A DNA stretch of 64,000 bases from Thermoproteota archaeon (GCA_027491915.1 JAOZGC010000003.1:23744-87743); one strand, 5' to 3'. Counted from the first letter of the stretch, positions 18,253-28,562 are shown. Numbers and translations are program-made. Notes: generated from the letters alone by a model not told the origin.

Positions 18253-18525
18253 CTCACCGGCCTCCTCCCGAGATTGAGGCCCGCGAACCCCCAGCGGCGG
18301 TATGGACACCTCGGCCCTGGACGCCTCCCTCTCTCCCTCCTCCGTCAGAGAGAAGAAGCTGTATCCTCCGTGCCTGAAGGATCTGATGAGTCCCCTCTTC
18401 TCCAGTTCGTCGATCGCCCGCAGGATCCTCCCCACGGAGATGCCCGTCTCCCTGACGAGCTCCCTCATGTGGACGGTCGTCTTACCCCTGAGCGCCCTAA
18501 GCACTGCCTTCTCGACGTCCCCCAT
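18181..18525 (-). CDS. Winged helix-turn-helix protein
   Basis: MRELVRETGIS..RAIDELEKRGLI..LTEEG; ATG 18525. Confidence 0.7.
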   Translation of the reverse strand: MGDVEKAVLRALRGKTTVHMRELVRETGISVGRILRAIDELEKRGLIRSFRHGGYSFFSLTEEGEREASRAEVSIPPLGVRGPQSREEAGESAEAGEQPGDVEGGLGDGDSGGL

Positions 18526-18620
18526 ATCAGAGGGCACGGGCGAAGCGGCGCCCCGGGATAATATAAGATGCGGGCGCAACTTTATGAATGCGCCAGTGAG
18601 CCCGGACCGGGGTGAACCCG

Positions 18621-18785
18621 ATGCCGATAGAGGATCCCGTCAAGAGGAGGATAGCGGCCAAGGCCCTCCTCGAGTACAAGATATGCAGGAAATGCGGCGC
18701 GAAGAATCCCATTGGGGCCACCAAGTGCAGGAGGTGCAGGAGCAAGAATCTCAGACTCAAGAGAACTAAACTCAGCAGGAGGTGA
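18621..18785 (+). CDS. rpl40e: 50S ribosomal protein L40e
   Basis: Manual translation MPIEDP..KICRKCGAKNPIGATKCRRCRSKNLRLK. Confidence 0.96.
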   Translation: MPIEDPVKRRIAAKALLEYKICRKCGAKNPIGATKCRRCRSKNLRLKRTKLSRR

Positions 18786-18803
18786 GGTTCACCCTCGTGT
18801 TGC

Positions 18804-18879
18804 GGGCCCGTAGCTCAGCACGGATCAGAGCGCCGGCCTGCGGAGCCGGAGGCCGCGGGTTCGAGTCCCGCCGGGCCCG
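18804..18879 (+). tRNA. tRNA-Arg(GCG)
   Basis: CCGGC-CTGCGGA-GCCGG cloverleaf. Confidence 0.97.
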
Positions 18880-18972
18880 CTCTCAGGATGGTCGGCGGGC
18901 GCAGTTTTAATCTCCCCCGGGGCCGAATTCGGGGTGTGAGCTCTGTCGGAGTCAGAGCCGGGACGAGGTTCC

Positions 18973-19155
18973 GTGGAACTAGGAGAGTGCTCTGTGATCG
19001 GGTGCGGAGAGCCCGCCGTTAAGGTGGTCGGGAGGAGGTACCTGCCGGCCCTGCAGGCCCTGAAGCTGAGGGTGAACCCCAGGGTCAGGGAGTTTCCGCT
19101 CTGCAAGAAGCACTACAAGATGGCCAGGGAGGCCCTCAAGGAGCTCTCCAGGTGA
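18973..19155 (+). CDS. Small putative Zn-binding protein
   Basis: CSVIGC...LCKKHYK pattern, 60 aa. Confidence 0.7.
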   Translation: MELGECSVIGCGEPAVKVVGRRYLPALQALKLRVNPRVREFPLCKKHYKMAREALKELSR

Positions 19156-19756
19156 TCTCCCACACCACCAACTCTTCGAACCTGAGGGCCCTCCTTCCCA
19201 CGATCCGTCCGGTCAGGCCGATAGACGCGATCTCCTCTATGGTCTCTCTGATTCCGTTCCTCACCGACTGGAGGATCAGGGCCCTCCCGGCGGGAGAGAG
19301 GACTTCGGGCAGGCCGCGCAGGAGCCTGTCCAGGAAGGCCCGGCCCCGCGGGAGTCCCCCGGCCCACGCGGCCGACTCAACGTCTCTCGGCTCCTCGGCC
19401 AGGTATGGCGGGTTTGATATCACCAGGTCGAACTTTTCATCCCTGATCGGGGAGAACAAATCCCCCAGACGGGCCTCGAACGATCCGTCCAGCCCGGCCG
19501 CTTCTGCGTTTTCCCTGGCGGCCGCCACCGCCGAAGGATTCACGTCCACTCCGACGACCATAGCCGCCCCGCGGGCTGACGCCAGTATGCCCAAGATCCC
19601 GCATCCGGTGCCCACGTCCAGGACCCTGAGGCCTGAGACCTCCTCACCGAGGAGTACCTCCGCCAGGAGCTCCGTGTCCTCGGCTGGCGGATAAACCCCA
19701 GGGGGAACTCGGAACCGGAGCCGTCCGAGTTTGAACAGCCTATTCGGCCCGCTCAC
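19136..19756 (-). CDS. HemK2/PrmC-family release factor glutamine methyltransferase
   Basis: VYPPAEDT, LDVGTGCG, SNPPY; GTG start overlapping rsmA stop. Confidence 0.92.
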   Translation of the reverse strand: MSGPNRLFKLGRLRFRVPPGVYPPAEDTELLAEVLLGEEVSGLRVLDVGTGCGILGILASARGAAMVVGVDVNPSAVAAARENAEAAGLDGSFEARLGDLFSPIRDEKFDLVISNPPYLAEEPRDVESAAWAGGLPRGRAFLDRLLRGLPEVLSPAGRALILQSVRNGIRETIEEIASIGLTGRIVGRRALRFEELVVWEITWRAP

Positions 19757-20607
19757 CCGACCACCTCCAGGAGATATTCCGCGAGCCTGAGATAATCCCC
19801 CGGCGTGAGCTCGTACGCCCTGGACCCCAGGTCCACCGGGGCCATCTCGGCGTCCAACTCCGGGTCGCGGCTTCCCATCCTCCTCAACCACGATATCAGG
19901 GGGGTCCTGATGAGCCTTCTCTTTTTGAAGAAGACGTGGGGAAGAAACTGCTTCAACACCAGCAGCCTGGGGTCTGAGGGGGGGACCTCCGGCCTCGGCC
20001 TCATGCTCAGCACGGCCGCCTCGACGCTGGGCCTGGGATAGAAGACCTGAGGCGCCAGTATGGCCCTGACCTTCACCTCGAACCTCGCCTGAGTCAACAC
20101 GCTGAGGCTGCCGTAGTTACCCTCGCCCGGCATCGCGATCAGCCTATGAGCGAATTCCCTCTGGAGGGACAGACCTATCGACTTAACCTCCCTGAAGATC
20201 AGGTGAAGGATCAACCTCGAGGATATCCCGAAGGGAGGATTGGACGCGACCGAATCGAATTCCAGCCGCCTCAAAACCCGGGGCGCCTCTCCCACGACGA
20301 CCTCCACTGGTCTGCCGGCGAACCTCTCTCTCAAGCGGGCTCCCAACCTGGGATCCACCTCGACGGCAACCACAGAGTCGGCTCCCGCCGCCAGTATGGC
20401 CTCGGTCAGGTTCCCCGCCCCGGCGCCCACCTCTAGGACCTTAAGCCCGCGCACGCCCCCCGCCTCGACTATGATCTCCAGCGCCCTCCTGGATATCAGG
20501 TGGTGCTGCCCCAGTTCCCTGGACGGCCTCGCCAGGGTCTCTCTCAGCAGGTCAGTCACCTCTTTCCGGAGGTCGGGATCCCACCGCCTCACGTACTCGG
20601 GGGGCAC
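19753..20607 (-). CDS. rsmA: 16S rRNA dimethyladenosine transferase KsgA/Dim1
   Basis: LGQHHL, LEVGAGAGNLT, SNPPFGISS, YGSLSV, FYPRPSV. Confidence 0.93.
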   Translation of the reverse strand: MPPEYVRRWDPDLRKEVTDLLRETLARPSRELGQHHLISRRALEIIVEAGGVRGLKVLEVGAGAGNLTEAILAAGADSVVAVEVDPRLGARLRERFAGRPVEVVVGEAPRVLRRLEFDSVASNPPFGISSRLILHLIFREVKSIGLSLQREFAHRLIAMPGEGNYGSLSVLTQARFEVKVRAILAPQVFYPRPSVEAAVLSMRPRPEVPPSDPRLLVLKQFLPHVFFKKRRLIRTPLISWLRRMGSRDPELDAEMAPVDLGSRAYELTPGDYLRLAEYLLEVVG

Positions 20608-20668
20608 GCGACGCCGGCCGCCGCTGCCTATTTATCCCCCTCCCGAGGGAGGGGCGGGAGGTGCTCGC

Positions 20669-22120
20669 ATGTCGGCGGCCTCCGTCTTGGAGAGGATCGA
20701 CGAGGTAAGGTGGATGCTGCCTCGGTCTTACAAGAGCGGGATGAGGGTGCCGGGACTGGTCATCGCGACGGAGAAGCTCTTGCGCCACATAGAGAGAAAG
20801 TCCCTGGACCAGCTGGCCAACGTGGCCTCCCTGCCCGGAATATACAGGTACTCCATGGCCATGCCCGACGTGCACACCGGGTACGGCTTTCCGATAGGGG
20901 GCGTCGCGGCGTTCGACGCCTACGACGGTGTGATCAGTCCCGGAGGGGTCGGCTTCGACATAAATTGCGGCGTCAGGGTTCTAAGAACAGATCTCCGTGA
21001 GGAGGATGTCAGACCACTCCTGTCTCGACTCGTGGAGACGATCTTCTCCATGGTCCCGTCTGGGCTTGGAAGCAGGGGGAGACTCAGGCTGAGCGAGCCC
21101 CAGATAGACGAGGTATTGATGAGAGGGGCAAGGTGGGCGGTCGATCAGGGATACGGGTGGGATCAGGACCTGGCCCACACCGAGGAGGGCGGATGCATGG
21201 AGGGCGCCGATCCCTCTGTCGTGAGCAGCAGGGCCAAGAGGAGGGGGGCTCCTCAGCTGGGGACGCTGGGAAGCGGAAACCACTTCTTGGAGGTCCAGGT
21301 GGTGGATAAGATATACGATGAGGCCGCAGCGCGGGCTCTGGGGATAGAGGGTCCCGGCCAGGTTACCGTCATGATCCACACCGGCAGCAGGGGGCTTGGC
21401 CACCAGGTGGCCTCCGACTTCCTGGAGGAGATGCTCTCCAGGGCCGGTCAACTCGATTTCCGGCTCCCCGACAGGCAGCTGATATGCGCCTACGCCGGGA
21501 CCAAGACCGCGGAGCGGTACTTCGCGGCCATGCGTGGGGCGGCCAACTACGCGTGGGCCAACCGGCAGATCATAATGCACTGGGTCAGGCAGGCCTTCGA
21601 GAGGGTGCTCGGCAGGAGCCCCGAGGACCTCGGCATGAGGTTGATCTACGACGTGGCCCACAACATAGCCAAGCTCGAGGAGCACGAGGTGGACGGCAGG
21701 ACGGTTAGAGTTTACGTTCACAGGAAGGGGGCGACCAGAGCCTTCCCCCCAGGGAGACCGGAGCTGCCTCCAGACTACAGGGAGGTGGGCCAGCCCGTCT
21801 TGATACCGGGATCCGAGGGGACCGCCTCCTACATCCTGATCGGAACTCGGAGGGCCATGGAGGAGACCTTCGGCTCCGCGGCCCACGGGGCTGGCAGGAT
21901 GATGAGCCGCTCGGCAGCCAAGAGGACCTACCGGGGAAGGCAGATAGTGGAGCAGCTGGCCAGCCGGGGGATAATAGTGAAACCGGCATCCTTCGCGGTG
22001 GCTGCCGAGGAGGCTCCCGGGGCCTACAAAGACGTGGACGAGGTCGCCTTGGCCACCCACAAGGCGGGCATAGCCAGGCTGGTCGTCAGGATGAGACCGA
22101 TGGGAGTGGTCAAGGGTTGA
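20669..22120 (+). CDS. rtcB: RNA-splicing ligase RtcB
   Basis: MPDVHTGYGFPIGG, GFDINCG, GSGNHFLE, HGAGR, EEAPGAYK; real ATG at 20669. Confidence 0.98.
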   Translation: MSAASVLERIDEVRWMLPRSYKSGMRVPGLVIATEKLLRHIERKSLDQLANVASLPGIYRYSMAMPDVHTGYGFPIGGVAAFDAYDGVISPGGVGFDINCGVRVLRTDLREEDVRPLLSRLVETIFSMVPSGLGSRGRLRLSEPQIDEVLMRGARWAVDQGYGWDQDLAHTEEGGCMEGADPSVVSSRAKRRGAPQLGTLGSGNHFLEVQVVDKIYDEAAARALGIEGPGQVTVMIHTGSRGLGHQVASDFLEEMLSRAGQLDFRLPDRQLICAYAGTKTAERYFAAMRGAANYAWANRQIIMHWVRQAFERVLGRSPEDLGMRLIYDVAHNIAKLEEHEVDGRTVRVYVHRKGATRAFPPGRPELPPDYREVGQPVLIPGSEGTASYILIGTRRAMEETFGSAAHGAGRMMSRSAAKRTYRGRQIVEQLASRGIIVKPASFAVAAEEAPGAYKDVDEVALATHKAGIARLVVRMRPMGVVKG

Positions 22121-22172
22121 GGCGGACCGAGCCTTAATAAACGGGCCGCGTGTCGCGGGTGGGTGCCCCGGC

Positions 22173-22973
22173 TTGGCCAGGGAAGCGAGGGATGGGGACT
22201 TCGTGCTCGTCCACCTCAGCCTGTGGGATGCAGACGGGGGGGATCTGATCTACACCACCGACGAGGCGGTGGCGCGGGAGTCCGGCGACTACGACGAGGA
22301 CAGGATCTACGAGCCGGTACTGATAATCCTCGGAAGGGGGAAATTCTTTCCTGAATTAGAGTCTCAAATCGTAGGGATGAAACCTGGGGACACTAAAGAG
22401 ATAATCTTAGAGCCGAGAGAGGCCTTCGGTGAGAGGGACGAATCCAAGGTGAGGACGATCCCGCTAGGCAGGCTGAAGAGAGCCGGGCTAGGGGACGTCT
22501 TCCCCGGGGACAGGATAAAGATGGGGGGCGAGACAGGCACGATCCTCTCGATAAGCGGGGGAAGGGTCAAGGTGGATTTCAATCATCCCCTGGCCGGCCG
22601 AAGGATAAGGGCGAGGGTGACCCTGCTGTCAGTGCTCGAGGATACCGGGGAGAAGGTCAGGGCGCTGACCGCCGACGTCTTCGGCGTCCCGATCGACAGG
22701 GTGACGGCCGAGTTCTTGGATGGGACGGCCGTGGTGGAGATACCCCCTGCCGCCTACATGAGGCGAGACGCGCTGGACAGGAAGATAAGGATCGCTTCCG
22801 TGATGATGAACAGGCTCAAGGAGGTGGAAAAGCTCAGGTTCGTCGAGACCTTTCAACTCCCAGGCGAGGGATCGGAAGTGGAGGACGCCGGTTCGGGAGA
22901 GGAACCGAGCGGTGGAACCGAGACGGGGGCGGAGGAACGGGGGGGTGGAGGAGAGTCCCAGCCTTCAGATTAG
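22173..22973 (+). CDS. Long-type FKBP peptidyl-prolyl isomerase (SlyD-like)
   Basis: AFGERD, VDFNHPLAG, acidic tail. Confidence 0.93.
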   Translation: MAREARDGDFVLVHLSLWDADGGDLIYTTDEAVARESGDYDEDRIYEPVLIILGRGKFFPELESQIVGMKPGDTKEIILEPREAFGERDESKVRTIPLGRLKRAGLGDVFPGDRIKMGGETGTILSISGGRVKVDFNHPLAGRRIRARVTLLSVLEDTGEKVRALTADVFGVPIDRVTAEFLDGTAVVEIPPAAYMRRDALDRKIRIASVMMNRLKEVEKLRFVETFQLPGEGSEVEDAGSGEEPSGGTETGAEERGGGGESQPSD

Positions 22974-23414
22974 GAGCCTCACCCTGCAGAGCCTGCGATC
23001 CTCCCGAGGACAGTCGATCCTCCCTCCGACGGAGATGACCATGATCCTGTCCCCGGCCAGGAGGCCGGAAGGCCTGCACTCGTCGACCAGATCGCACTCT
23101 CCCTCTCGGCACCTGGGGGGCTCGTACTTCACTATCTCCCCCTCCCTGGCCAGCCTGACCGGGAGGGCAACCTCCAACTCCGCCAGCTTGACCCTAGCCG
23201 GGACGACTACCCCGTGAACCTCGCACGGGAACCTCTTCTTCGCCGCCCTGGAAACCACCTCATAGAGCCTGCCCTCCATCAAGCTTCCTGTACAAACAGA
23301 CCTGAATTTGCAGGACGAGCAGGCGTCCGCTTCCCCGATGAAGAGGAACCTGGCCCCTCTCTCAATCATGTAGTCGGGAAGCAGGGTAACGATCTCTCTC
23401 TCGGGGTGTTCCAC
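22965..23414 (-). CDS. UPF0179 family protein
   Basis: IVTL, CSSCKFRSVC, GRLYEV, CEVH pattern. Confidence 0.85.
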   Translation of the reverse strand: MEHPEREIVTLLPDYMIERGARFLFIGEADACSSCKFRSVCTGSLMEGRLYEVVSRAAKKRFPCEVHGVVVPARVKLAELEVALPVRLAREGEIVKYEPPRCREGECDLVDECRPSGLLAGDRIMVISVGGRIDCPREDRRLCRVRLLI

Positions 23415-23518
23415 CGTCGCCCGGGATCACCACCGGCATGGTTTTAAAATCCTGGCCGCCCGCAGCCTCGTCGCGGGTTCGAACCCGCGTCCACCTTGGA
23501 TAAAAGGGGTAGATCCGA

Positions 23519-24196
23519 TTGAGACCGGAGGAACTAGCCGGCGGCCCGCCGAGGCTCAGAGAGGAGGTAGAGAGGCTGGCCCTGAAGGGGACGACCACCG
23601 TGGGGATAAAGGTGGCCGACGGCGTCGTGTTGGCTGCCGACAAGAGGGCCTCATCTCAGACCTTCGTGGCCAGCAAAAAGGCCAGGAAGATACTGAAGGT
23701 CGATGACAAGACGGCCGTCACGATCTCTGGGGTGGTGGCAGATGCGCAGTTTCTCGTCAACAACCTGAAGGCCTTCTCCGACATTTACAGGGTGGAGCAC
23801 GGGAGGCCCATGGCTGTCGGGGGGAAGGCCAGGTACCTGTCCCTCCTGCTGAGGTCCTACGGCAGGCTGTTCCTGATAGCTCACATGCTGGTCGGCGGGA
23901 TAGACGACGGGGGACCGGCCCTCTTTGGGGTGGATTTCTTTGGCACGGTCTCGGAGGAGGTATACACCGCGGCCGGATCCGGCTCACCGGTCGCCCTGGC
24001 CGTTATAGAGGAGAGGTACGATCCGGCGATGACCCTGGACGAGGCCGAGTTCCTCGCGCTGGACGCTATGGCCGCAGCCCTGTCCAGGGATACGGCCACC
24101 GGGGACGGCATAGACGTCGCCGAGATAAGCGGCTCTGGCCTCCGCCTCCTCTCTCCGGCCCAGATAGAATCCATTCTGAGATCCCTCAAAAGGTGA
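23519..24196 (+). CDS. psmB: Proteasome beta subunit
   Basis: Propeptide ending KG|TTTVG, AADKRAS, GSGS, RDTATGDGID. Confidence 0.96.
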   Translation: MRPEELAGGPPRLREEVERLALKGTTTVGIKVADGVVLAADKRASSQTFVASKKARKILKVDDKTAVTISGVVADAQFLVNNLKAFSDIYRVEHGRPMAVGGKARYLSLLLRSYGRLFLIAHMLVGGIDDGGPALFGVDFFGTVSEEVYTAAGSGSPVALAVIEERYDPAMTLDEAEFLALDAMAAALSRDTATGDGIDVAEISGSGLRLLSPAQIESILRSLKR

Positions 24197-24200
24197 CCCC

Positions 24201-26117
24201 ATGGTTCAGAAGACTGCGGCCTTTTTGTCGGCCGATAAGCTGAAGCGTGAGGTCAGGGAGAGCCTCTCAAAGATAGGAAGCGTATCCAAGGTAGATCTGG
24301 AGGGCCCCTTCGTCGTGGTATATGTGGATGATCCGGCGGAGTTCTTGAACGGGGACGGCGGCCTGGCCGAGGTGGCCAAGAGCCTGAAGAAGAGGATAAT
24401 CTTGATGTCCAAGGAACCGAAGAAGAATCAGGAAGAGGCACTGAAGATAATTAAAGCGGTGATTCCGGAGAGGGCCGAGCTAGTCGACGCAATATTCGTT
24501 AAGGAGACGAGAGAGGTATACATCATAGCGAAGAGGACCGGATACGTGGTTGGCAAGGCCGGGTCCAACATAGCCGCCGTTTTGAGGGCCACCGGGTGGC
24601 GACCCATAGTGATAAGGGCCCCGGCCCTGAGGTCGCCCTTCTTGGATACCCTCCAGAGGCTTATAGTGGACGGCGCGGTTGAGAGGAAGAGGAACCTGAA
24701 GCGAATCGCGAAGAGGATCTACAGGAAACCCATGGGGGTGAAAAGGGGGGTGTACGCCTCATTCCTCGGCGGCGCCAGGGAGGTCGGTAGGAGCAGCATA
24801 CTCCTCCACACGGACGAGAGCTCCGTCCTCCTGGACGCCGGAATAGGGGTTGGGGGAGGGGGTTTCTTCCCCCGGTACGACTCGCCCGACTTCCACCTGG
24901 ACGAACTGGACGCCGTCATCGTCACCCACGCCCACCTGGATCACTCCGGCGCCCTCCCCCTCCTGGCCAAGTACGGGTACAGGGGGCCCATATATGTCAC
25001 CAAGCCGACCAGGGACCTAGTGGCGCTCCTCCTATACGACTACATCAACCTGAGCGCCAGGATAGGATCGACCCCCTTCTTCTCGGAGAGGGACGTTAGG
25101 ACCATAATGAACCACATGGTCACCCTGGATTACGGGGAAACCGTCGACATATCGCCCGACATAAAGCTCACCCTCTACAAAGCGGGGCACATCCTGGGAT
25201 CGGCCATGGCCCACCTGAACATAGTCGGGGCCAGGCACAACATCCTCTACACGGGGGACTTCAGGTTCAGGGACAGCAAGCTCCTGGATCGGGCCGACAG
25301 CAGATTCCCCAGACTGGAGACCCTCATAATGGAGTGCACCTATGGTGGGGAGAAGGACGTGCTCCCTCCTCCCTCGGACGCCGAGGCCCAGCTGCTATCC
25401 ATAATCAACGAGACGATAGAGAGGGGGGGCAAGGTTCTGATACCGGCCCTGTCCGTCGGCAGGGCCCAGGAGATAATGCTAGTCTTGGTCGAGGCCTTCA
25501 ACAGGGGGGAGCTCCCCGACGTCCCGGTCTACATAGACGGCATGGCCTACGACGCGACGGCGATCCACACGGCCTACCCGGACTACCTGTCCGGCTACGT
25601 GCGCAACAAGGTTTTCAAGGAGGATTCCGATCCATTCACCGATCCTCACATATCGGCAGTAAACAGCCAGGACGACCGCGAATCGGTGATTCAGGGTGGG
25701 CCAAGCGTAATAATCTCCCCGTCCGGCATGTTGGCCGGAGGTCCCAGCGTGGAGTACTTCAGGGCCCTGGCCGGGCGGCCCGAGAACGCGGTGATACTGG
25801 TGAGCTATCAGCCCCAGGGCACCCTGGGTAGGAGGCTCAGGGACGGGGCCAAGGAGGTTACCATCAGGGACGGGACTTCGGTTGAGAGGATCAAGGTCCA
25901 AGCTTGTGTCTGCTCGGTGGAGGGTTTCTCAGCCCACGCGGACAAGGTCCAGCTCCTGAGCTTCATAACCTCCATATCCCCCAAGCCGAAGAACATATTC
26001 CTGGTCCACGGTGAGGAGAGGAAGATGCACTCCTTCAGGCGGCTGGTCTCAAAGGCCGCCACTAAGCTGTCCCGGCTGGGAATGCCGAGCATCATGGAGA
26101 GGGTGAGGATCGTCTGA
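24201..26117 (+). CDS. fttA: KH-domain beta-CASP ribonuclease aCPSF1/FttA
   Basis: N-terminal KH domains, EVGRS, THAHLDH, GHILGSA, FSAHAD, VHGE; follows psmB. Confidence 0.95.
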   Translation: MVQKTAAFLSADKLKREVRESLSKIGSVSKVDLEGPFVVVYVDDPAEFLNGDGGLAEVAKSLKKRIILMSKEPKKNQEEALKIIKAVIPERAELVDAIFVKETREVYIIAKRTGYVVGKAGSNIAAVLRATGWRPIVIRAPALRSPFLDTLQRLIVDGAVERKRNLKRIAKRIYRKPMGVKRGVYASFLGGAREVGRSSILLHTDESSVLLDAGIGVGGGGFFPRYDSPDFHLDELDAVIVTHAHLDHSGALPLLAKYGYRGPIYVTKPTRDLVALLLYDYINLSARIGSTPFFSERDVRTIMNHMVTLDYGETVDISPDIKLTLYKAGHILGSAMAHLNIVGARHNILYTGDFRFRDSKLLDRADSRFPRLETLIMECTYGGEKDVLPPPSDAEAQLLSIINETIERGGKVLIPALSVGRAQEIMLVLVEAFNRGELPDVPVYIDGMAYDATAIHTAYPDYLSGYVRNKVFKEDSDPFTDPHISAVNSQDDRESVIQGGPSVIISPSGMLAGGPSVEYFRALAGRPENAVILVSYQPQGTLGRRLRDGAKEVTIRDGTSVERIKVQACVCSVEGFSAHADKVQLLSFITSISPKPKNIFLVHGEERKMHSFRRLVSKAATKLSRLGMPSIMERVRIV

Positions 26118-26129
26118 CCGTCCGAGATC

Positions 26130-26525
26130 TCAGTCTTCGGGTCTCTTCCAGACTGCCACAAACCTGGGTACGACCAGCAGAGGGGGAAAGGTCTCCGTTC
26201 TCACCACGACGACCTCTCCTCCAACCTCTTGGACCCGATCCTTGAGCTGCCTCAGCGCGAGTCTGAGCTCCTCCTCGCTCTTGTCCACCAGGTCGTCGTA
26301 CCTCACTATGACTATATTGTTCTCGTTTATCTCCGTCAGGACCTGACCTATATCGGACACGTCTCTCAGGTAGACCGGCTTCACGGCTATTGGTTTTTCC
26401 ATGATGTCCGGTCCGTACTCCTCTCCTGGGACCGGCTCGTAGTACTCTTCTCCCTCTCCGTACTCCTCGTACTCCTCGTACTCCTCCTCACCGCCCCTAC
26501 CCAAGATCCTCCTGAAGAAGCCCAA
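26130..26525 (-). CDS. sepF: Cell division protein SepF
   Basis: Amphipathic N-terminus LGFFRRILG, acidic linker, core NNIVIV..LKDRVQEVGGEV..LLVVP; TTG start 26525 inferred. Confidence 0.85.
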   Translation of the reverse strand: MGFFRRILGRGGEEEYEEYEEYGEGEEYYEPVPGEEYGPDIMEKPIAVKPVYLRDVSDIGQVLTEINENNIVIVRYDDLVDKSEEELRLALRQLKDRVQEVGGEVVVVRTETFPPLLVVPRFVAVWKRPED

Positions 26526-26660
26526 ACCGCAACCCTCCTTTTCTCGACCCCGATCGGCCACCCTATTTAAAGCATATCAGGCGTCGGTCTTACCGGGCGG
26601 CCGCGTCCCCAACGTTTAATTATGAAGGCGTGGGATACGGAGGGGCCCGAGGCGGTGGAG

Positions 26661-26906
26661 ATGAGCAACGCCATGGGTTACCTGAACAAGAATGTCGACG
26701 AAAATGTGCTCGTCTCCCTCAAGAACGGCTCTTGGGTCAGGGGGGTACTCAGGGCGTTTGACAGGCACCTCAACCTCATAGTAGACAACGCCGAGGAGAT
26801 GATGCCCGGTCAGGGCGACCCAGTCGGCAGCGTGATAAGGCTCGGGAAGAGGGTACTGATAAGGGGCGACACGGTTGTGGCAATATCCGCCCCCAAATCG
26901 AGGTGA
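26661..26906 (+). CDS. Sm-like (Lsm/SmAP) protein
   Basis: VLVSLKNG..RGVLRAFDRHLNL, LIRGDTV; upstream of rpl37e. Confidence 0.95.
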   Translation: MSNAMGYLNKNVDENVLVSLKNGSWVRGVLRAFDRHLNLIVDNAEEMMPGQGDPVGSVIRLGKRVLIRGDTVVAISAPKSR

Positions 26907-26951
26907 GTCGGACTTCCGCCCGGGAGATGAGACGGGGGAGGTGAGGGTGAC

Positions 26952-27143
26952 TTGGTCAAGGGGACTCCCTCCATGGGCAAGAGGGGCCGAGGAAAAACTC
27001 ACGTGAGATGTAGGAGATGCGGCAGGCACTCTTTCAACGTTAAGAAGGGATATTGCGCCGCCTGCGGCTTCGGCAGGAGCAGGAGGATTAGGAGGTACTC
27101 CTGGCAGAACAAGAAGCCCGTGACCAGGGCGAGGCTGGTCTGA
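26952..27143 (+). CDS. rpl37e: 50S ribosomal protein L37e
   Basis: [25 protein letters not shown]. Confidence 0.98.
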   Translation: MVKGTPSMGKRGRGKTHVRCRRCGRHSFNVKKGYCAACGFGRSRRIRRYSWQNKKPVTRARLV

Positions 27144-27159
27144 GGACCCTCCCCGCCGA

Positions 27160-27254
27160 ATTCCCATATTTTAATTAATGATTGAAAATAACAGTGGAAT
27201 AATTCCAAAATCTTTTTAAGTATTTGCCCGGCCTAAAATTAGAGGTTTTTCTTT
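27160..27254 (+). promoter_or_regulatory. AT-rich promoter/operator region of GMC oxidoreductase
   Basis: Sharp AT enrichment; palindromes TTAATTAA and TGGAAT-A-ATTCCA; TTTTTAAG TATA box. Confidence 0.6.
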
Positions 27255-28562
27255 TTGTCTCTAAACCATGCGGGAGAGGTCGTTGTGGTGGGTACTGGCC
27301 CCGGAGGAGCCACGGTCGCGCGGGAGCTGGCCTCTCGGGGGGTGAGGGTGACGATCTTGGAGAGCGGCAGACCGGGCGTCAAGTTCGGCACGGAGATGGG
27401 GGCGCTCGGTTTCTACGACGGCCGAACCTTCGGGGCAGGCCGCCTGTCCGAGGGCAGAGAGGTCGAGTTCTTCAGGGCCAAGGTGCTCGGGGGCACGGCC
27501 ACCGTCTCTCTAGGCTGCGCCCTGTCCCCGCCGGGCGGCCGGCCGAGGGGTATGGGGTTCGATCTTGGGGGGAACCTATCCGAAGCCCGGAGGGACATGA
27601 AGGTAGTTACAACACCGGAGGAGTTCATTGGACCGAGATCCTCCCTGATCCGGCGCGCGGGGGAGGAGCTCGGCTACGAGTTCAGACCCATGCCCAAATC
27701 GGTCAAATTCGACCGATGCACGGGATGCGGGAACTGCGTCTTGGGCTGCGTCGAGGGGGCCAAGTGGACGCCAGTGAGATACCTGGCCGAGGCCGCCAGG
27801 GCGGGCGCGAGGATCATGACGGGTTATTCGGTGACCAGGGTGGCGTCGAAGTCGGGCGAGGTGACCTCAGTAGCCGCCCGGGGGCCGACCGGCGGGATCA
27901 ACATCCCGGCGAGCGTCGTGGTGCTGGCGGCCGGGGCCCTGGAAACTCCGGTAATCCTCCAGAACTCCGGGGTGGATGCAGGCGGCTCCCTGTCGGGCGA
28001 CCTGTTCGTAAACTGCTACGGTATGATCGACGGCAGGGGCATGGGAGACGAGATGGGGATGACGACGCTCATGGACGGGATGCTGGATAGGGGCTTCCTA
28101 CTATCCCCCATCCTGGATACCCCCCTGGACATGTTCCTCTACTTTCCGACGCTCAAGAAGCTCAGGTCCCTCAGGAGATCGAAGATGATCGGCCTGATGG
28201 TCAAGACCTCGGACGACGTCGTTGGAGGGGTTACCAGAGACGGTAGAATAAGAAAGACCATAACCCGAAACGACGAGAGGAGGCTTAGGGAGGGAGAAAA
28301 GATCGCCAGGGCCGTGCTCGAGGCCGCCGGCTGTAACCCCGGATCGATCATGACCGGGAGGGTGAGGGCGGCCCACCCGGCATGCACAGCCCCCGTGGGA
28401 GAGGTGGTCGACCGAGAGCAGGAGACCGAGATATCAGGCCTCTTCGTCGGGGACGCCAGCGCCTTTCCGGCGGCCCCTGGGATTCCCCCAATAGTCACGA
28501 TAGTCGCCATGTCCAAGCGGCTCGGGAGGATCTTGACCGACGACCGACTGAACCCTTCCTAG
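27255..28562 (+). CDS. GMC-family FAD oxidoreductase with Cys cluster
   Basis: VVVGTGPGG, LGGT, CTGCGNCVLGC, VVLAAGALETP, AHP, GDASAFP. Confidence 0.9.
   Translation: MSLNHAGEVVVVGTGPGGATVARELASRGVRVTILESGRPGVKFGTEMGALGFYDGRTFGAGRLSEGREVEFFRAKVLGGTATVSLGCALSPPGGRPRGMGFDLGGNLSEARRDMKVVTTPEEFIGPRSSLIRRAGEELGYEFRPMPKSVKFDRCTGCGNCVLGCVEGAKWTPVRYLAEAARAGARIMTGYSVTRVASKSGEVTSVAARGPTGGINIPASVVVLAAGALETPVILQNSGVDAGGSLSGDLFVNCYGMIDGRGMGDEMGMTTLMDGMLDRGFLLSPILDTPLDMFLYFPTLKKLRSLRRSKMIGLMVKTSDDVVGGVTRDGRIRKTITRNDERRLREGEKIARAVLEAAGCNPGSIMTGRVRAAHPACTAPVGEVVDREQETEISGLFVGDASAFPAAPGIPPIVTIVAMSKRLGRILTDDRLNPS

Noticed and set aside
20240-20668. 143-aa N-terminal extension of RtcB in the ORF track
   Set aside because: Antisense to rsmA; real start is ATG 20669
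26440-26490. TACTCCTCG repeats
   Set aside because: Encode the acidic EEY linker of SepF
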